A DNA stretch of 64,000 nt from an uncultured Chloroflexia bacterium. GTDB taxonomy: Bacteria; Chloroflexota; Chloroflexia; QHBQ01; JADMIH01. Numbering within the stretch: position 1 is the first letter of the stretch; the number at the start of each line of letters is the position of its first letter. The notes under the pieces were generated by a model. It ran no database searches, was not told the origin of the DNA, and was given only the letters and a program-made list of their open reading frames with translations. The position numbers and the translations under genes are program-made. The stretch lies in assembly GCA_963797095.1 (NCBI GenBank), contig CAWCNY010000003.1, positions 704,001-768,000 on the forward strand. Reading direction: 5' to 3'. Of the stretch, positions 38,071 through 50,000 are shown piece after piece.

Positions 38071-39582
38071 ATGACTATGCCACATCCGAAGAGACGTACC
38101 CGCAGAGCACCTGTCCGAACGGTCGGTCTGCGCATCCGCAAGCTAAGGCGTGCACGAGGGATGGGTCCCCTTGCCCTTGCCGGGCCGGAGTTTACCAAGC
38201 GATACCTGCGCGCCGTTGAACGCTGCAATCTTATTCCATCCCTTCGAGTGCTAGAGCTTTTTGCCCATCGCCTTGATGTTCCGGTACAGCAGATCCTGAG
38301 GGCTAACAGCGCGCAATACACAAGCTCCGGCCTGACGAGCGACACCGAGTTGGGCGCCTTGCATGAAGACCTTAACTATCAACTCAACTATGCCAAAATG
38401 CTCATTAAGGACGGCAAACTGGAGGAGGCCCTCGATTCCATCCGCTTGGCGCAAACCTATCTTGAATCGGCTCGCCCTCACAACGCCAAGCTGCCGCCCC
38501 ACCTCCTTTATCGCATCCCGATGTTGCGTGGTATGACCTATCTGCAAAGCTATAAGCCCGATACTGCCTTGCCTGAGCTGGATAAGGCGCTCGTATTCGT
38601 TCAGGGAGACGAAGAGAAAGCCGCCACAGTGCATAATCTGATCGGCGTGGCCTACTACCTCAAGGAACGCCCGGAACTGGCTATCAGGGAGCACCTGATT
38701 GCTTTCCATGCCGTCCAAAACAATGTCGTGCGCGACTTAAGCTCCCGTTTCAGCATCTACCGTAACCTGGCTAACGACTACGTCACGCTGGGTGATACCA
38801 AACAAGCGGTTGCTACTTACAAACTTGCGCTGCCCATCCTCCAGGACCTGAACGACCCGGCTCGCAAGGCTGCGATCTTCTCAGGATTAGGCATTGCTTA
38901 CGCGGATATCAACGATACTGTCAATGCCATACTCTGGTCCAGCCGCGCGCTGGAGATCTATACGGAGACCGGATTGCACCTCAAGGCCGCGGAAGTATCC
39001 CTCAATCTCGCCGAGCTACTGGTAAGCGAGCAGAGATTTGACGAGGCCGAGCCGTTCCTTCGGGAAGCGCATGCTATCCTGGCCGACCCCCGGCAGGAGG
39101 GAAATAACCTGCTCCTGTGCCAGCTCAACAGGGTCCGCGCGCTGTCAGCACTCTATCAAGGGCAGATTGGTGCGGCTGACGAGCATATTCAGGCAAGTCT
39201 CACGTTCGGAAAAGAGGCCGCCGTGGAGGCAAGCGACGCGTGCGCCATCGTGGCCGGTTCGTATAGAGGCACCGACAAGAAGATTCGCCCTGGAAGCGCC
39301 TGCTACCCCATACGGGCCTATGTGGAGTCCCTGCACCTGGCGGCCAAAATAGCAGAGATCAGGGGTAACCTCCCCACCGCGGACGAGATGTTTGGCAGAG
39401 CCCTTGAGTGGGCGGAGAAAACCGGCTCGCATGAAACCATCCGTACCATCACTCTCGGTTATGGCTCGACTATGGAAATGCGTGGAGCACTCGAGCCTGC
39501 TATGGTTTACTACAAAGCCGCTGCTCAGGCCAATCAACCATTGAAGCGAAAGAATGCTGGGCCGGCTGTATTGGTAGGGTGA
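38071..39582 (+). CDS. XRE-HTH / TPR regulator, paralog of 32016-33413
   Basis: LAGPEFTK..ER..PSL; both share EDL.YQ.NYAKMLI and SxYRNLANDY. Confidence 0.85.
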   Translation: MTMPHPKRRTRRAPVRTVGLRIRKLRRARGMGPLALAGPEFTKRYLRAVERCNLIPSLRVLELFAHRLDVPVQQILRANSAQYTSSGLTSDTELGALHEDLNYQLNYAKMLIKDGKLEEALDSIRLAQTYLESARPHNAKLPPHLLYRIPMLRGMTYLQSYKPDTALPELDKALVFVQGDEEKAATVHNLIGVAYYLKERPELAIREHLIAFHAVQNNVVRDLSSRFSIYRNLANDYVTLGDTKQAVATYKLALPILQDLNDPARKAAIFSGLGIAYADINDTVNAILWSSRALEIYTETGLHLKAAEVSLNLAELLVSEQRFDEAEPFLREAHAILADPRQEGNNLLLCQLNRVRALSALYQGQIGAADEHIQASLTFGKEAAVEASDACAIVAGSYRGTDKKIRPGSACYPIRAYVESLHLAAKIAEIRGNLPTADEMFGRALEWAEKTGSHETIRTITLGYGSTMEMRGALEPAMVYYKAAAQANQPLKRKNAGPAVLVG

Positions 39583-39639
39583 AAGAAGCCTTTGTAAAGC
39601 AGTCGCCAAGTAGTATGGCGGCTCCATCAATTTACTAAT

Positions 39640-39683
39640 AAGTGGTAGATATGCCGCGTATATACGCGGCATATCTACCACTT
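39640..39683. terminator. Perfect 44-bp palindrome between convergent genes
   Basis: AAGTGGTAGATATGCCGCGTAT/ATACGCGGCATATCTACCACTT. Confidence 0.7.
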
Positions 39684-39724
39684 GCCTGTCATCGGTAAGA
39701 ATAACTGGTATGACGAAAGAGACT

Positions 39725-39958
39725 CTAGTGACCAGGATCAGGAGTAGGTGTGGCCGTGGGCGTTGGCGTCGGATCGTCCGGACAGTCGATGTCCGGGTCG
39801 GGCCTCCCCACGCCATCGCAGTCCGAAGCGTAGGTTACTCGCACGTTGTTGCTTTGTATCGAAGGCAGGATCACCGATCCGGCGACAGTGGAACCGGCCA
39901 ACAACATCGCCAGTAACACTCGCTTCGGCGCCTTTTGCCTTGGGGTCTTGACTTCCAT
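39725..39958 (-). CDS. Small secreted peptide (77 aa)
   Basis: GAGGAG RBS; basic n-region plus hydrophobic h-region; acidic tail with two Cys and PT repeats. Confidence 0.6.
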   Translation of the reverse strand: MEVKTPRQKAPKRVLLAMLLAGSTVAGSVILPSIQSNNVRVTYASDCDGVGRPDPDIDCPDDPTPTPTATPTPDPGH

Positions 39959-40199
39959 CGCATTCTCCTCTCAATGTGTGGTTGCGCACCTGCCCTGAGG
40001 CGCTTCTCTGGTCGGCGCCGGGCAGAGTACCTGTTTCGATGAGAGGAGTTTGCGGTTGCATCGGTGCAACCTCAACGGCTATTCTTGACAACCATTTGTC
40101 ATGTTTATCGTCAAATGCGTTGCTGACCCTGCAATATTGTCAAGACCGGCAACCAGGGCCACCGGCAAAGCGCACCCGGCCCAACAAGAGGTTATGGTT

Positions 40200-41510
40200 A
40201 TGGTTATGGTCAGCCTGCACAGGACGCATCCTTTCGGTGATCTCGTCACCCGGTATCGCGCCCGAAAACATGGCCTGAGCCAGGCAAAGCTCGCCGACTT
40301 GAGCGAGCTTGATTCCACCGTGTTGAGCCACATGTGCAACGGCAGGCGGCTGGAGGGCAGCCACGCTCGCGAGCGAGTGCTCAAGGTGATAACAGGGTTC
40401 TACAGGGCGGGCGCGCTCAAAACCGTGGAAGAGGCCAACAGCCTCCTGAGGACTGCCAGGCTGGCCGACCTCGACAACTCCGACCCCGATGACGCGCGCT
40501 TGCTCGCCCTCCTGGAAGCGGAGCGCGCCCCAATCCCGATCAATCCCCCACAGCAGCCTTCACAAGTGCAGTCCGAGAGGTCGCCAGGGACCAGCCTTCC
40601 ACCTCAAAGTGATAACCAGAAGAATAGGCCCGACCTTATAGGGCGGCATATCATAGGCGCTGCCGCGATCGATGTGCCTTTGGACGATTCGCATCCGTTC
40701 ACGGTCGGCACGCCTGTGATCTACCCTCGCTTCTTCTTTGGCCGCTCAAAAGAGCTTGATAGGCTGTTTCGGTTATTGCGCGGGCCGCAGTTGCAAAATG
40801 GGGCCGTGATCGGCCCGCGCCATATCGGCAAGACCTCCCTGCTGCGCCACATGGCCGCTATCACCCTTGTGGACGCAGACTCCCTACGGCCCGGCCAGCG
40901 GCACAACTGGTTGCCCCACCCCGATGGATATGTATGGGCTTACGTCGACCTCCGAGACTCGCGGCTGAATACGCCCAAACTCCTCCTCTCGCACATCCTC
41001 CATCAATTCGGCCTGCCAATACAGAGGAAATGCACAATCGAGGTGTTCGGCCAGGTTGTACGCGACAGTCTGCGGCTCCCTTCGGTGATCCTGCTCGACA
41101 ATATAGACGTGGCGGTGGAACACTACAGCAGGCTCGATTACGAGTTCTGGGTGGGTCTTAGCTCGATTGCTCTCAACGACGCCGAGGGGCGGCTGAGCTT
41201 CATAGTTAGCTCCCAGGAACCCCTCGCCCACATGGCGAGCCACCCGGTGGTGGGGTCATCCTTCTTTACGTCAATTGTCACAAGCACTGAACTGGGGCCA
41301 CTAGAGGAAAGCGAGGCCCTGGAATTGATAGATGCCTCCCCACTCCCGTTTCCCCTGCGCGACGTTGCGTGGATCCTGGTGCAGAGCAACCTGGAGCCGA
41401 TGCCCCTACAATTCTTGTGCCGCGAGTGCCTCCACTCGCTGGAAGCCGGGCAACGCGACGATAACTGGCGCGATGAAGCCCTCCGCCAGATCGATGCCTG
41501 GCCTAAGTGA
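40200..41510 (+). CDS. HTH + STAND-like AAA ATPase protein
   Basis: GLSQAKLA HTH; PF.VG.P....FFGR..EL; GPRHIGKTSLL; ILLDNID. The ORF opens at 40101. Confidence 0.78.
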   Translation: MVMVSLHRTHPFGDLVTRYRARKHGLSQAKLADLSELDSTVLSHMCNGRRLEGSHARERVLKVITGFYRAGALKTVEEANSLLRTARLADLDNSDPDDARLLALLEAERAPIPINPPQQPSQVQSERSPGTSLPPQSDNQKNRPDLIGRHIIGAAAIDVPLDDSHPFTVGTPVIYPRFFFGRSKELDRLFRLLRGPQLQNGAVIGPRHIGKTSLLRHMAAITLVDADSLRPGQRHNWLPHPDGYVWAYVDLRDSRLNTPKLLLSHILHQFGLPIQRKCTIEVFGQVVRDSLRLPSVILLDNIDVAVEHYSRLDYEFWVGLSSIALNDAEGRLSFIVSSQEPLAHMASHPVVGSSFFTSIVTSTELGPLEESEALELIDASPLPFPLRDVAWILVQSNLEPMPLQFLCRECLHSLEAGQRDDNWRDEALRQIDAWPK

Positions 41511-41528
41511 CACCAAAAACGGTACTTG

Positions 41529-41588
41529 AGTACACCCCAAGACCTGTCCAGTTTTGTCCCACCAATGCCCTTTAGTTAATGGGGGCAA
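41529..41588 (+). repeat. 60-bp dispersed intergenic repeat, copy 2
   Basis: Homologous to 15765-15824. Confidence 0.75.
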
Positions 41589-41759
41589 GTCTAGCCACCC
41601 TCAAATCAACATACCAAAAACCGGATCACAGGCTTCATCTCACATTTCTGTCACCGATCTGTAACCTGCTCATACTCTATATTTCACTGACCGGTGCTAT
41701 CCTCGGATGGGAGTGATGATCTCATATGTAGCTGTTGCCGGTAGAAGGAGACCAAGCAA

Positions 41760-42041
41760 ATGCAGGATTGCCTGATCGCGCTTAACGGGAGAAACCAATC
41801 AATCATTGCGGGCACAGATGTAACCGTTGCCTATATCCTGGAGAGACTAAGTTCGGGAGATAGCATCGACGATATTTGTCGCGACAAAAGACTCACCCCA
41901 GAGCAGGTACGAGCAGCCGTCTTGTTTGCTGAGTTGGATATACCCCATTACGCCCTCGACAGGATACTTCATCCCGAATTGAACCCGTCCGCGCCGGATC
42001 GAGAATTGGATTACAGCCTGCTTAGCGCGTATATGTCTTGA
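41760..42041 (+). CDS. DUF433-domain protein
   Basis: IIAGTDVTVAYILERLSSGDSIDDI...LTPEQVRAAVLFA. Confidence 0.8.
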   Translation: MQDCLIALNGRNQSIIAGTDVTVAYILERLSSGDSIDDICRDKRLTPEQVRAAVLFAELDIPHYALDRILHPELNPSAPDRELDYSLLSAYMS

Positions 42042-42192
42042 GGTCGCTGCCATAAAGCAGCGTGAGATCGCCAGCCATATAAGAAGCGGTCCTGCGAGAG
42101 ATCGGTGAATCGGGCGGTGGTTTGACCTTCCCGTTGTCCGCACCGGTTGCGGTACGCATGTGCTCCCAATCAAATAACAAGCAGCCAGAGAG

Positions 42193-43110
42193 GTGAGTGA
42201 CATGACAGCGCACATCCTGGTACCCTTGGACGGCTCTGCGCTGGCAGAAAGCATACTCTCGCTGGATGTCGCGCTGGCCCGCCTGACGTCCAGCGGAATT
42301 ACCCTGCTGATGGCCGTGCCCCCGCCGCAATCGACCCAATCTTCTCCTGAGAAGGCCTCTACCCCGAAGGATCTGGTCGAGGCACAAGCTTACCTGAATA
42401 ACATCGTGAAGCGTCTCGAAGAAACCGGCCTGCAGGTGCACACCGAGATAATAGAAGGTTCACCCACCACCGCCATCACAGAATATGCCGAGCAAGACCC
42501 CGGCGTGTGGCTGGTATCGCTGGCAATTCGCAGGCACGAACGGCCCAGGGCATGGGCGTTGGGGAGTGTTATAGAGCGGGTACTTCACACGGCATCCAAA
42601 CCGGTCTTGCTTACCCGCCCAACAATAGAAGAAACAGGCAAGCTGGTATTCGAAGAACCGGTCCTGCACATCATCATCGTGCCGCTCGATGGCTCGAAAT
42701 TCGCTGAAGAAGCGCTGCTCGTAGCCGGCCGCCTGGCCGACATCACGGGTGCCATCCTGACGCTTGTCACCGTGATCCCGCCGGGCAACAACTCAGCAAT
42801 CGATCAGGGGGAGTTTTCGCGTATGTCGTCGGACATGGCTCGCGGGCGCGAGATGCGGCGTGTGTTACGCTACCTGAATAGCGTCGCCGAGCGTTTGCAG
42901 GCCGAAGGGCTTGAAGTGAACACCGAACTGGTGTATGGCCACCCGGCTGAGATGATTCTCCTGACCGCCCGCCGGCTACACGGCGACATGATCGTGATGG
43001 CGGCTCACGGCCGCAGAGACCGCGAGCGCGTCTGGTTGGGAGGTATCGCTCAAAAGGTGGTACAGGGTTCGGCCTTGCCCGTGCTACTTATAAGGGAGAG
43101 CGAGCACTGA
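42193..43110 (+). CDS. Tandem universal stress protein (2x USP)
   Basis: ILVPLDGS twice; MIVMAAHGR..WLGGIAQKV..PVLL. Confidence 0.92.
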   Translation: MSDMTAHILVPLDGSALAESILSLDVALARLTSSGITLLMAVPPPQSTQSSPEKASTPKDLVEAQAYLNNIVKRLEETGLQVHTEIIEGSPTTAITEYAEQDPGVWLVSLAIRRHERPRAWALGSVIERVLHTASKPVLLTRPTIEETGKLVFEEPVLHIIIVPLDGSKFAEEALLVAGRLADITGAILTLVTVIPPGNNSAIDQGEFSRMSSDMARGREMRRVLRYLNSVAERLQAEGLEVNTELVYGHPAEMILLTARRLHGDMIVMAAHGRRDRERVWLGGIAQKVVQGSALPVLLIRESEH

Positions 43111-45235
43111 CGCGTAACCGTGCATCAACAGCCAACGCGCCCTCTCCCTGCGCCATAACGATGAGCGGGTTGACCTCTATCTCTTGAATTTCCGGCCGGT
43201 CAAGGGCGATCTGAGCCAGGCGCAGGATCACGTTCGCGGCGGCACTACGGTCGGCGGGCGTTGCTCCCCGAAATCCGTCCAGCAGGCGGCCTGCAGGGGT
43301 GCGATCCAGAAGGTCATTAGCCTGTTTGGCCGTTAAAGGGGCAAGCTCGAAAGCCACGTTGCGCCTCAACTCAACCTCAGTACCGCCGATACCGGCCATC
43401 ACAAGCGGGCCGAACTGAGGATCGCGTGTGACGCCGACGATTAGCTCGGCCAATCCCTTCACCATTCGCTGAACATGCGCGCCCTGTATGGCAAGCCCAT
43501 TCACGTTGGACCTGGCACTTTGCATCATGGCCTCATAGGCGCTCCGAAGCTGTTCAGGTGTTTGAATGTTCAGGACCACCCCACCGACGTCTGTTTTGTG
43601 CGTCACGCCCGAAGCCGCCAGCTTAAGCACCACAGGGTAACCGATCTTCTCGGCCAGGACCACCGCGCCCTCGGCGTCCATCGCAAGGCCACTCCCTGGC
43701 ACCGGGATATGGTAGGCGGCCATTAGCGCTTCTACGGATTCGGGCGAAGCCCACCCACTTGTATTGGCCAGGGTTGCCTCGATGGCCCTCTGTGCGATCT
43801 CGGAATTGACATCCTCAAGAGGGGCTGGAGGCGCTTGAGTCTCAAGCTCGTCAAGCCATTGTTTGCGAGCCCACATCGCGCCCAGGGTGCTCCCGACACG
43901 TTCGGGGAAGGCGTAGTTAGGCACATGGCGGCGGTGCAGTATCTGTGTGGCCTCGCTGGTGGAGGCGAGGCCCATGATGACGGTGAGGATAGGCTTCCTA
44001 TGGGCCGACGGGCGATTCGCCACCTCTCCCGCGACCTCCGCCAGGCTCACAGGCTTGAACCAATCCTGTGGGGCCTGGATTACCACCACGGCATCCACCG
44101 TTTCATCGGCAAGGAGCGCATCCAGGCAGAGAGCGTAGGTTGCCGGACCTGCCCCCGCGAGAATATCAACTGGGTTCTCGACGCTGGCGGCGGCGAATAC
44201 CCGCTGTCGCAGGAAGGCTTTGGTGTCGCCGGTGAGGGGCGCAAGCTGCATCCCCGCCTGTTCAAGCGCGTCGGTGGCGAGGATGGCCGGTCCCCCGGCA
44301 TTGGTGAGGATCGCCACCCGGCTGCCCTTGGGCAGCGGCTGCCACGCCAGCGCCCGGCTGCAATCCACCAACTCTTCCATCGTGTTCGCCCACAGCACCC
44401 CCGCCCTCCTGAACGCGGCCTGGTAGGCGGTGAGGTCGCCCGCCAGCGCGCCTGTGTGGCTGGCGGCTGCCTTGGTGCCGCTTGCTCCGCGTCCTGCCTT
44501 GAGGAAGACGACAGGCAGCTTGCGCGCGGCCTGTTCGGCCGCCTCTATGAAGGCGCGCCCGCTGTCTACTCCCTCCATATAGCCCATGATCACGCGGGTG
44601 TGGTTATCGAGGCCGATCTGCCCGAGCATCTCGGCGGTGCTCACATCCACCTGGTTGCCCAGGCTGACGATCCGGCTGAAGCCAACCCCTGAGCCTACAG
44701 CCCAGTCCATGACAGCGGCGGCCATAGCCCCCGACTGCGACACGAAAGCTATGTCGCCGGGGCGCGGCATTCCTGTCACAAAGGTCGTGTTGAGGGGGGT
44801 GTGAGCGTCAATGGTGCCGATGCAATTCGGGCCAATGACTCGAATACCGTACTTGTCGGCTATACGCTTGATTTCGCGCTCGCGTTCCGCGCCCACCCCA
44901 CCATCGCTCGCGCCCATCTCGCGGAAACCACCGCTGACGACGATGGCACCCTTTATACCACGCTTGCCGCAGGCCTCCATCTGCATAGCGACGGCCTGCG
45001 CCGGCACAACTATTACAGCCAGATCTACAGGATCGGGCACGTCTGCAATGCTTGGATAAGCCTTATAGCCCAGGATTTCATCTTCGTGCGAGTTTACCGG
45101 GTAGATCGGACCCTCGTAGCGGACACTACGGAGGTTGCGCACAACTCCATGGCCGAGTTTCTCCTCATCATTGGAAGCACCGATCACGGCGACGCCGTTT
45201 GGCCGGAAGAATACCGAGAGATCAGATTCGGGCAT
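43088..45235 (-). CDS. Acetate/acyl-CoA ligase (ADP-forming), fused alpha-beta
   Basis: VAVIGAS, GPNCIG, SQSGA, ASHTGALAG (phospho-His), HKTDVGGV, EVNPL. Confidence 0.92.
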   Translation of the reverse strand: MPESDLSVFFRPNGVAVIGASNDEEKLGHGVVRNLRSVRYEGPIYPVNSHEDEILGYKAYPSIADVPDPVDLAVIVVPAQAVAMQMEACGKRGIKGAIVVSGGFREMGASDGGVGAEREREIKRIADKYGIRVIGPNCIGTIDAHTPLNTTFVTGMPRPGDIAFVSQSGAMAAAVMDWAVGSGVGFSRIVSLGNQVDVSTAEMLGQIGLDNHTRVIMGYMEGVDSGRAFIEAAEQAARKLPVVFLKAGRGASGTKAAASHTGALAGDLTAYQAAFRRAGVLWANTMEELVDCSRALAWQPLPKGSRVAILTNAGGPAILATDALEQAGMQLAPLTGDTKAFLRQRVFAAASVENPVDILAGAGPATYALCLDALLADETVDAVVVIQAPQDWFKPVSLAEVAGEVANRPSAHRKPILTVIMGLASTSEATQILHRRHVPNYAFPERVGSTLGAMWARKQWLDELETQAPPAPLEDVNSEIAQRAIEATLANTSGWASPESVEALMAAYHIPVPGSGLAMDAEGAVVLAEKIGYPVVLKLAASGVTHKTDVGGVVLNIQTPEQLRSAYEAMMQSARSNVNGLAIQGAHVQRMVKGLAELIVGVTRDPQFGPLVMAGIGGTEVELRRNVAFELAPLTAKQANDLLDRTPAGRLLDGFRGATPADRSAAANVILRLAQIALDRPEIQEIEVNPLIVMAQGEGALAVDARLRVSARSPL

Positions 45236-45507
45236 AATGTTCTCTTATAGAAGGATCGGCACTGTTCAATATAAGTGCCTGTCCCGCACCGGGCATAATC
45301 TGCCCAAAAGATGGCAATACCGGTAAAGACATAGCAAGTCAAGCGCATCCATACCGACATATCGGCACCTTGAGAGCTATCGCCATCATCAGTATAACAC
45401 CAACGGATCGATCGTTGCATATTCGTAAGGGGTCGAACAGGGTGCTATACTTTATCCTACAAAGCATGTTTGAGCGTGAGATCTTACATACGCCAGGGGA
45501 ATGAGTT

Positions 45508-47037
45508 TTGAACGCATTTATTGGCAATGGCAAGCCGTCAGATCGCTACATCCTGGCCCTCGACCAGGGCACTACCAGCTCGCGCGCCATCGTATTCGAC
45601 CATGATGGGCAAGTAGTTGGTGCGCGCAACCGCGAGTTCCCGCAGATATTCCCCCGTCCGGGCTGGGTAGAGCACAACCCTGAGGATATCTGGGCGAGCC
45701 AGCTTGAGGTGGCGAAAGAGGTGTTGCGCGATTGCAGGCTGAGCGCGAATGACATAGCCGCCATAGGGATCACGAACCAGCGAGAAACAACCCTGGTGTG
45801 GGACAGAAACACCGGACAGCCGGTCTGTAACGCCATCGTATGGCAAGATCGCAGGACAGCCGGACTGTGCGATGCTCTTAAGGAGAGGGGTTGGAGCCGG
45901 CGGATCCAGGAGAAGACCGGGCTTGTGATCGACCCCTATTTCAGCGGCACCAAACTCAAGTGGATACTGGAAAACGTGCCGGGCGCGGCCCAGAAAGCCG
46001 CTTCGGGCGATCTGTTGTTCGGTACCGTCGACACGTTCCTGGTGTGGAGGCTGACCGAGGGCGAAGTCTACATTACCGACCTCTCGAACGCCTCACGTAC
46101 CATGCTTTACAACATCAACGAATTGAGATGGGACGACGAAATCCTGGCCGAACTGGGGATAGCTGCCTCGATGCTTCCCACCGTGCTGCCCAGCAGCGCG
46201 AGCGAGGTGTATGGCTATTCGTCGGAGCGATTGTTGGGAGGCAAGATACCCATCGCTGGCATAGCGGGCGACCAGCAGGCGGCAACGTTTGGGCAGGCTT
46301 GCTATACCCCCGGCATGGCGAAGAACACCTATGGCACAGGCTGCTTCATGTTGATGAACACCGGGCAAGCACCCCGGTTGAGCAAGCACAACCTGCTGGC
46401 GACCATCGGCTGGGGCATAAACGGCCAGACCACATACTGCCTGGAGGGATCGGTATTCAGCGCGGGAGCGGCCATACAGTACCTGCGCGATAGCCTGCAA
46501 ATAATCAATAGCGCGGCTCAGAGCGAGGAGATCGCTACTTCTGTTGAGAGCAGCGCCGGGGTCTATTTCGTGCCTGCTTTTGCCGGGATGGGCGCGCCAT
46601 ACTGGGACCCCTACGCGAGGGGCGCGATCCTGGGGTTGACACGAGGCAGTGGCCGTGCCGAGATCGTGCGAGCCACGCTCGAATCGGTCGCTTACCAAAC
46701 GCGCGACGTGCTTGAGGCGATGGTTGCCGACAGCGGCACAGACCTGAAAGAGCTACGTGTAGACGGCGGAATGGTCGCCAATAACTTCTTGATGCAATTC
46801 CAGGCCGATATTCTGGGCGTGCAGGTCGTGCGCCCCCAGGTCACTGAAACTACCGCCCTCGGCGCTGCCTACCTGGCCGGATTAGCCGTCGGCTACTGGC
46901 AGAACCTGGAAGAGATCGCCCGCAACTGGTCGGTCGAGCGAGTATTCGAGCCAACCATAGACGAAGCCCGAAGGGACGAGCTTTACCACGGCTGGGGTCG
47001 TGCAGTGGAGCGAGCGCTCCGCTGGAGCAGCGAGTGA
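45508..47037 (+). CDS. glpK: Glycerol kinase
   Basis: [38 protein letters not shown]. Confidence 0.97.
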   Translation: MNAFIGNGKPSDRYILALDQGTTSSRAIVFDHDGQVVGARNREFPQIFPRPGWVEHNPEDIWASQLEVAKEVLRDCRLSANDIAAIGITNQRETTLVWDRNTGQPVCNAIVWQDRRTAGLCDALKERGWSRRIQEKTGLVIDPYFSGTKLKWILENVPGAAQKAASGDLLFGTVDTFLVWRLTEGEVYITDLSNASRTMLYNINELRWDDEILAELGIAASMLPTVLPSSASEVYGYSSERLLGGKIPIAGIAGDQQAATFGQACYTPGMAKNTYGTGCFMLMNTGQAPRLSKHNLLATIGWGINGQTTYCLEGSVFSAGAAIQYLRDSLQIINSAAQSEEIATSVESSAGVYFVPAFAGMGAPYWDPYARGAILGLTRGSGRAEIVRATLESVAYQTRDVLEAMVADSGTDLKELRVDGGMVANNFLMQFQADILGVQVVRPQVTETTALGAAYLAGLAVGYWQNLEEIARNWSVERVFEPTIDEARRDELYHGWGRAVERALRWSSE

Positions 47038-47062
47038 CGAGTGACCAACTGCTACCTTCTCG

Positions 47063-50000
47063 TCACTCGCCACCCGTCACTCGCCACTCGTCATTCTTCA
47101 CATCCTCATAGATCCGCGTGGTGCTGGGGAGCGGTTCTATATCCAGGTATTCGCGTAGATTCCGCACGCAACGCTCATAAGTCGCCAGCGCCATCCGCCT
47201 CTGCCCTTGCCGGGCGTAGGCGCGCATCAGGACACAATAAGCGTCCTCCCAACCGGGGTCGCGGACCAGCACCGATTCGCAGAGGCGAATTGCTTCAGTC
47301 AACTCATTCCTGCCGAGTAATGCTTCGGCCAGCAAGGTCGCCGCCTCCATGTACCGTGCTTCCAGGCGCTCGCGCTCGTCGCGGGCCCAATCTTCGTACA
47401 GCCAATCGCTCAGGTACGCCCCTTGATGTAGCTCTACTGCCCTCTCCAACTCCTCGTAATAAGCCCAGGCTCGATCTGCGCCATCTGAGTTGGCTTCATC
47501 CCGAATTCCGTATTCCGTGTTCCGCACTCGCAATGCCCTGGCGCTGTCCAGCCTGGCCTCGAACTCCTCCACGTCTAGCCACACCCCACCGGGCGGGCAG
47601 AAGCGGTAGGCCCCGCCCTGCCTGCGCACGTAGAAGGGCGGCGTGCGGGGCGGGCGCAACGGCTCAAGGGCGGCGTTGAGGCCGTTAAGAGTCACCTTGA
47701 ACTGCGCCTCGGTCTCCGATTGCCCTTCTTCGGGCCACAGCATGTCGCAGATCTGCTCACGCAGGAGCCATCGCTCGCGGTTAGTGACCAGCAGTGCAAG
47801 CATCTGCTGTGCTTTCTTGCGCTGCCATTCGTGCGGCCCAAGCTCCTCGCTGCCGCGCCAAACGCGCAAAGGGCCAAGCGTTTGGATCTTCAGGGTCACG
47901 CCGGGGTTGTACGTTTGTGTGGCATCATCGGCGGCAACAGCGGGAAAGGCCCGGTTGAGGAGCGCTTGCGCTTCCACGCGCCACCTGGGGTGCTCGCGGG
48001 CAGCCAGCAGCACGGGCACAAGCATCATCTGGTCTCGCGGGCCGAACAGCGTTCGGTTACTCAGCAGACCCCTATATCCGTGGCGCTGTGCAAGCTCGAA
48101 CGCCTGGATCGCAAAGAGCGCGGCCTGTTTCGGGTCGCCTTTGCGATAGTACCTGATAGATCTCCAGAGATGCACCACCGCCTGGCCATACGTATCCCTG
48201 CCCGCCCGGTACCGCTTGAGAGCTTCGTCCAGATAGCCCTCTGCATCCGGAGCGCCGTTGGCCGTAGCTACCGCCCCCAGGGCAGTCCACAGTTGAGCGG
48301 CGGTCCATTCGTCGCCGCTGCGCTCCACTATAGACAGACCTTCGCGGGCAGCGTCCTGCGCGGCGGCAAGGTCGCCCCGAAAGCCATGCAGCAACGCCAA
48401 CCCCAGGTAGGCCTCTGCTTTGGGGTGCTGGACATGGAGGCTATCGGCGAGCACCATGGCCTGAAGGTAATGCTCGTTTATCGCTCTGTATTCGTCCGGA
48501 TGCGCCGGTTGCGTAGCGTGGCCTGCACAGATGCGCGCTTCAGCCTCGAACAGGATGGAACCAAGGCGGCGCGATGCATCAAGGCCCGCCTGCGCGTAAC
48601 TCAGGGCGCTAGCGGGATCGCCCTCCATGATGCCTACCAGCGACAGGAGCAGAGTGACCTCACGATGGGCTTCGAACGGACGGTTCCCCGGTAACGATTC
48701 GTGTTCCCGATCCATTTCCGCTTGAAGTTTGGAGCGGGCCTCGGCCAGGCGTCCCAGTCGCACCAAAGCTCTAGCCTCAATCCTGGACGCTTGCGATGTG
48801 TCGCGCTGGCCGAAATCGAGCAGGCGCAACGCCTGGTCGGCTCTGCCCCGGTTGAGGCGATTCTCAGCGATCAGGACGAGCAATTCGGTTCGTGCGGCTT
48901 GCTCGGCCTGTGGCAGCATCCTGAAGGCCTGCCTCAGTAAAGACTCCGCCGGTGCGGGCTGCACCGTGTCGATGTACACCATGGCCTGGCCTTTGAGGGC
49001 TAGAGCTTGGCCTGTTGGATCTCCTTGTGCCTGGTAGATCCTGGCCGCTTGCTCGTAGGCCCGCCGGGCGCTGTCAAAGCGCGCCAGCAGGCGTGCGGCA
49101 TCCCCACGGGCGATCAGAAGTTGAGGGTGGGCTTTGATCTCATCTGCGGGAATCTGATCTATCCATGAGAGCACAGTCATCAAACGGCCACTTCCCAGCC
49201 AGGATGGCGTCCAGTGCTCAAGCTCAAGGGCTGCGCCCTTTACGTCGCCTGTTGCCAGCAGGTGATACATGACCTGTTCGCCTGAGCGTATTTCTCTGTA
49301 GTACTCCGCTGCCTGAGTGTGCAGGGCGTCCCATTCGGGGAGCGTCGCCGCTGCATGCTCTTGAAGGAAAGCATGGAACAGCGGGTGATAGCGGTATGCG
49401 CCACTACCCGACGCCGTCAGGAACAGCCCCTGGCGGTAGAGCGCCTCCAGTTGTGACGCGGAGTCATTGGTCCCTAACACGCGGTCGCAGGCGGCAGGCT
49501 CCAACTCCGACAACACTGACGAGCGCAGCAGGAAGGTTCGGATCTTCGCGGGCTGGCGGGCAAGTACCTCCCGTGCAAGATAGGCAAATAGGGCGTCCCT
49601 GCTCCGGGCTCCAAGAACCGACCCCTCGCTATCAGCCTGCTGTGTGTCAACGCTTGCCTGCTTGCTCTGCCAGACGAGTTGGAGCGCAATCGCCCAACCG
49701 CCCGTCTGCTCGCTGACCTGGGGCGCTTCTTCCTCAGCCAGCCCCTGGCCGTAAACCGAGGTGAATAGCCGGGAGGTCTCGTCCACGGTGAAGGCGAGCT
49801 GCTCCTCCCCAATCTCAAGCAACTCCCCACGGATTCGCAGGGTAGGCAAGCAGTCCAGTTGGGGACGGCGGCGCGTGGACAATACAATGTGCAGCAACGG
49901 TGGTAGGGTTTCGATAAGGCGCTCGATCAAGGCGCGAATATCCGGGTGCTCACCAACCTTGTGGTAATCGTCGAGCACCAGGATCGTTTCGCGGTCGAGC

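Noticed and set aside
41760-42041. Complete toxin-antitoxin pair
   Set aside because: The DUF433 gene has no adjacent PIN/DUF5615 partner.
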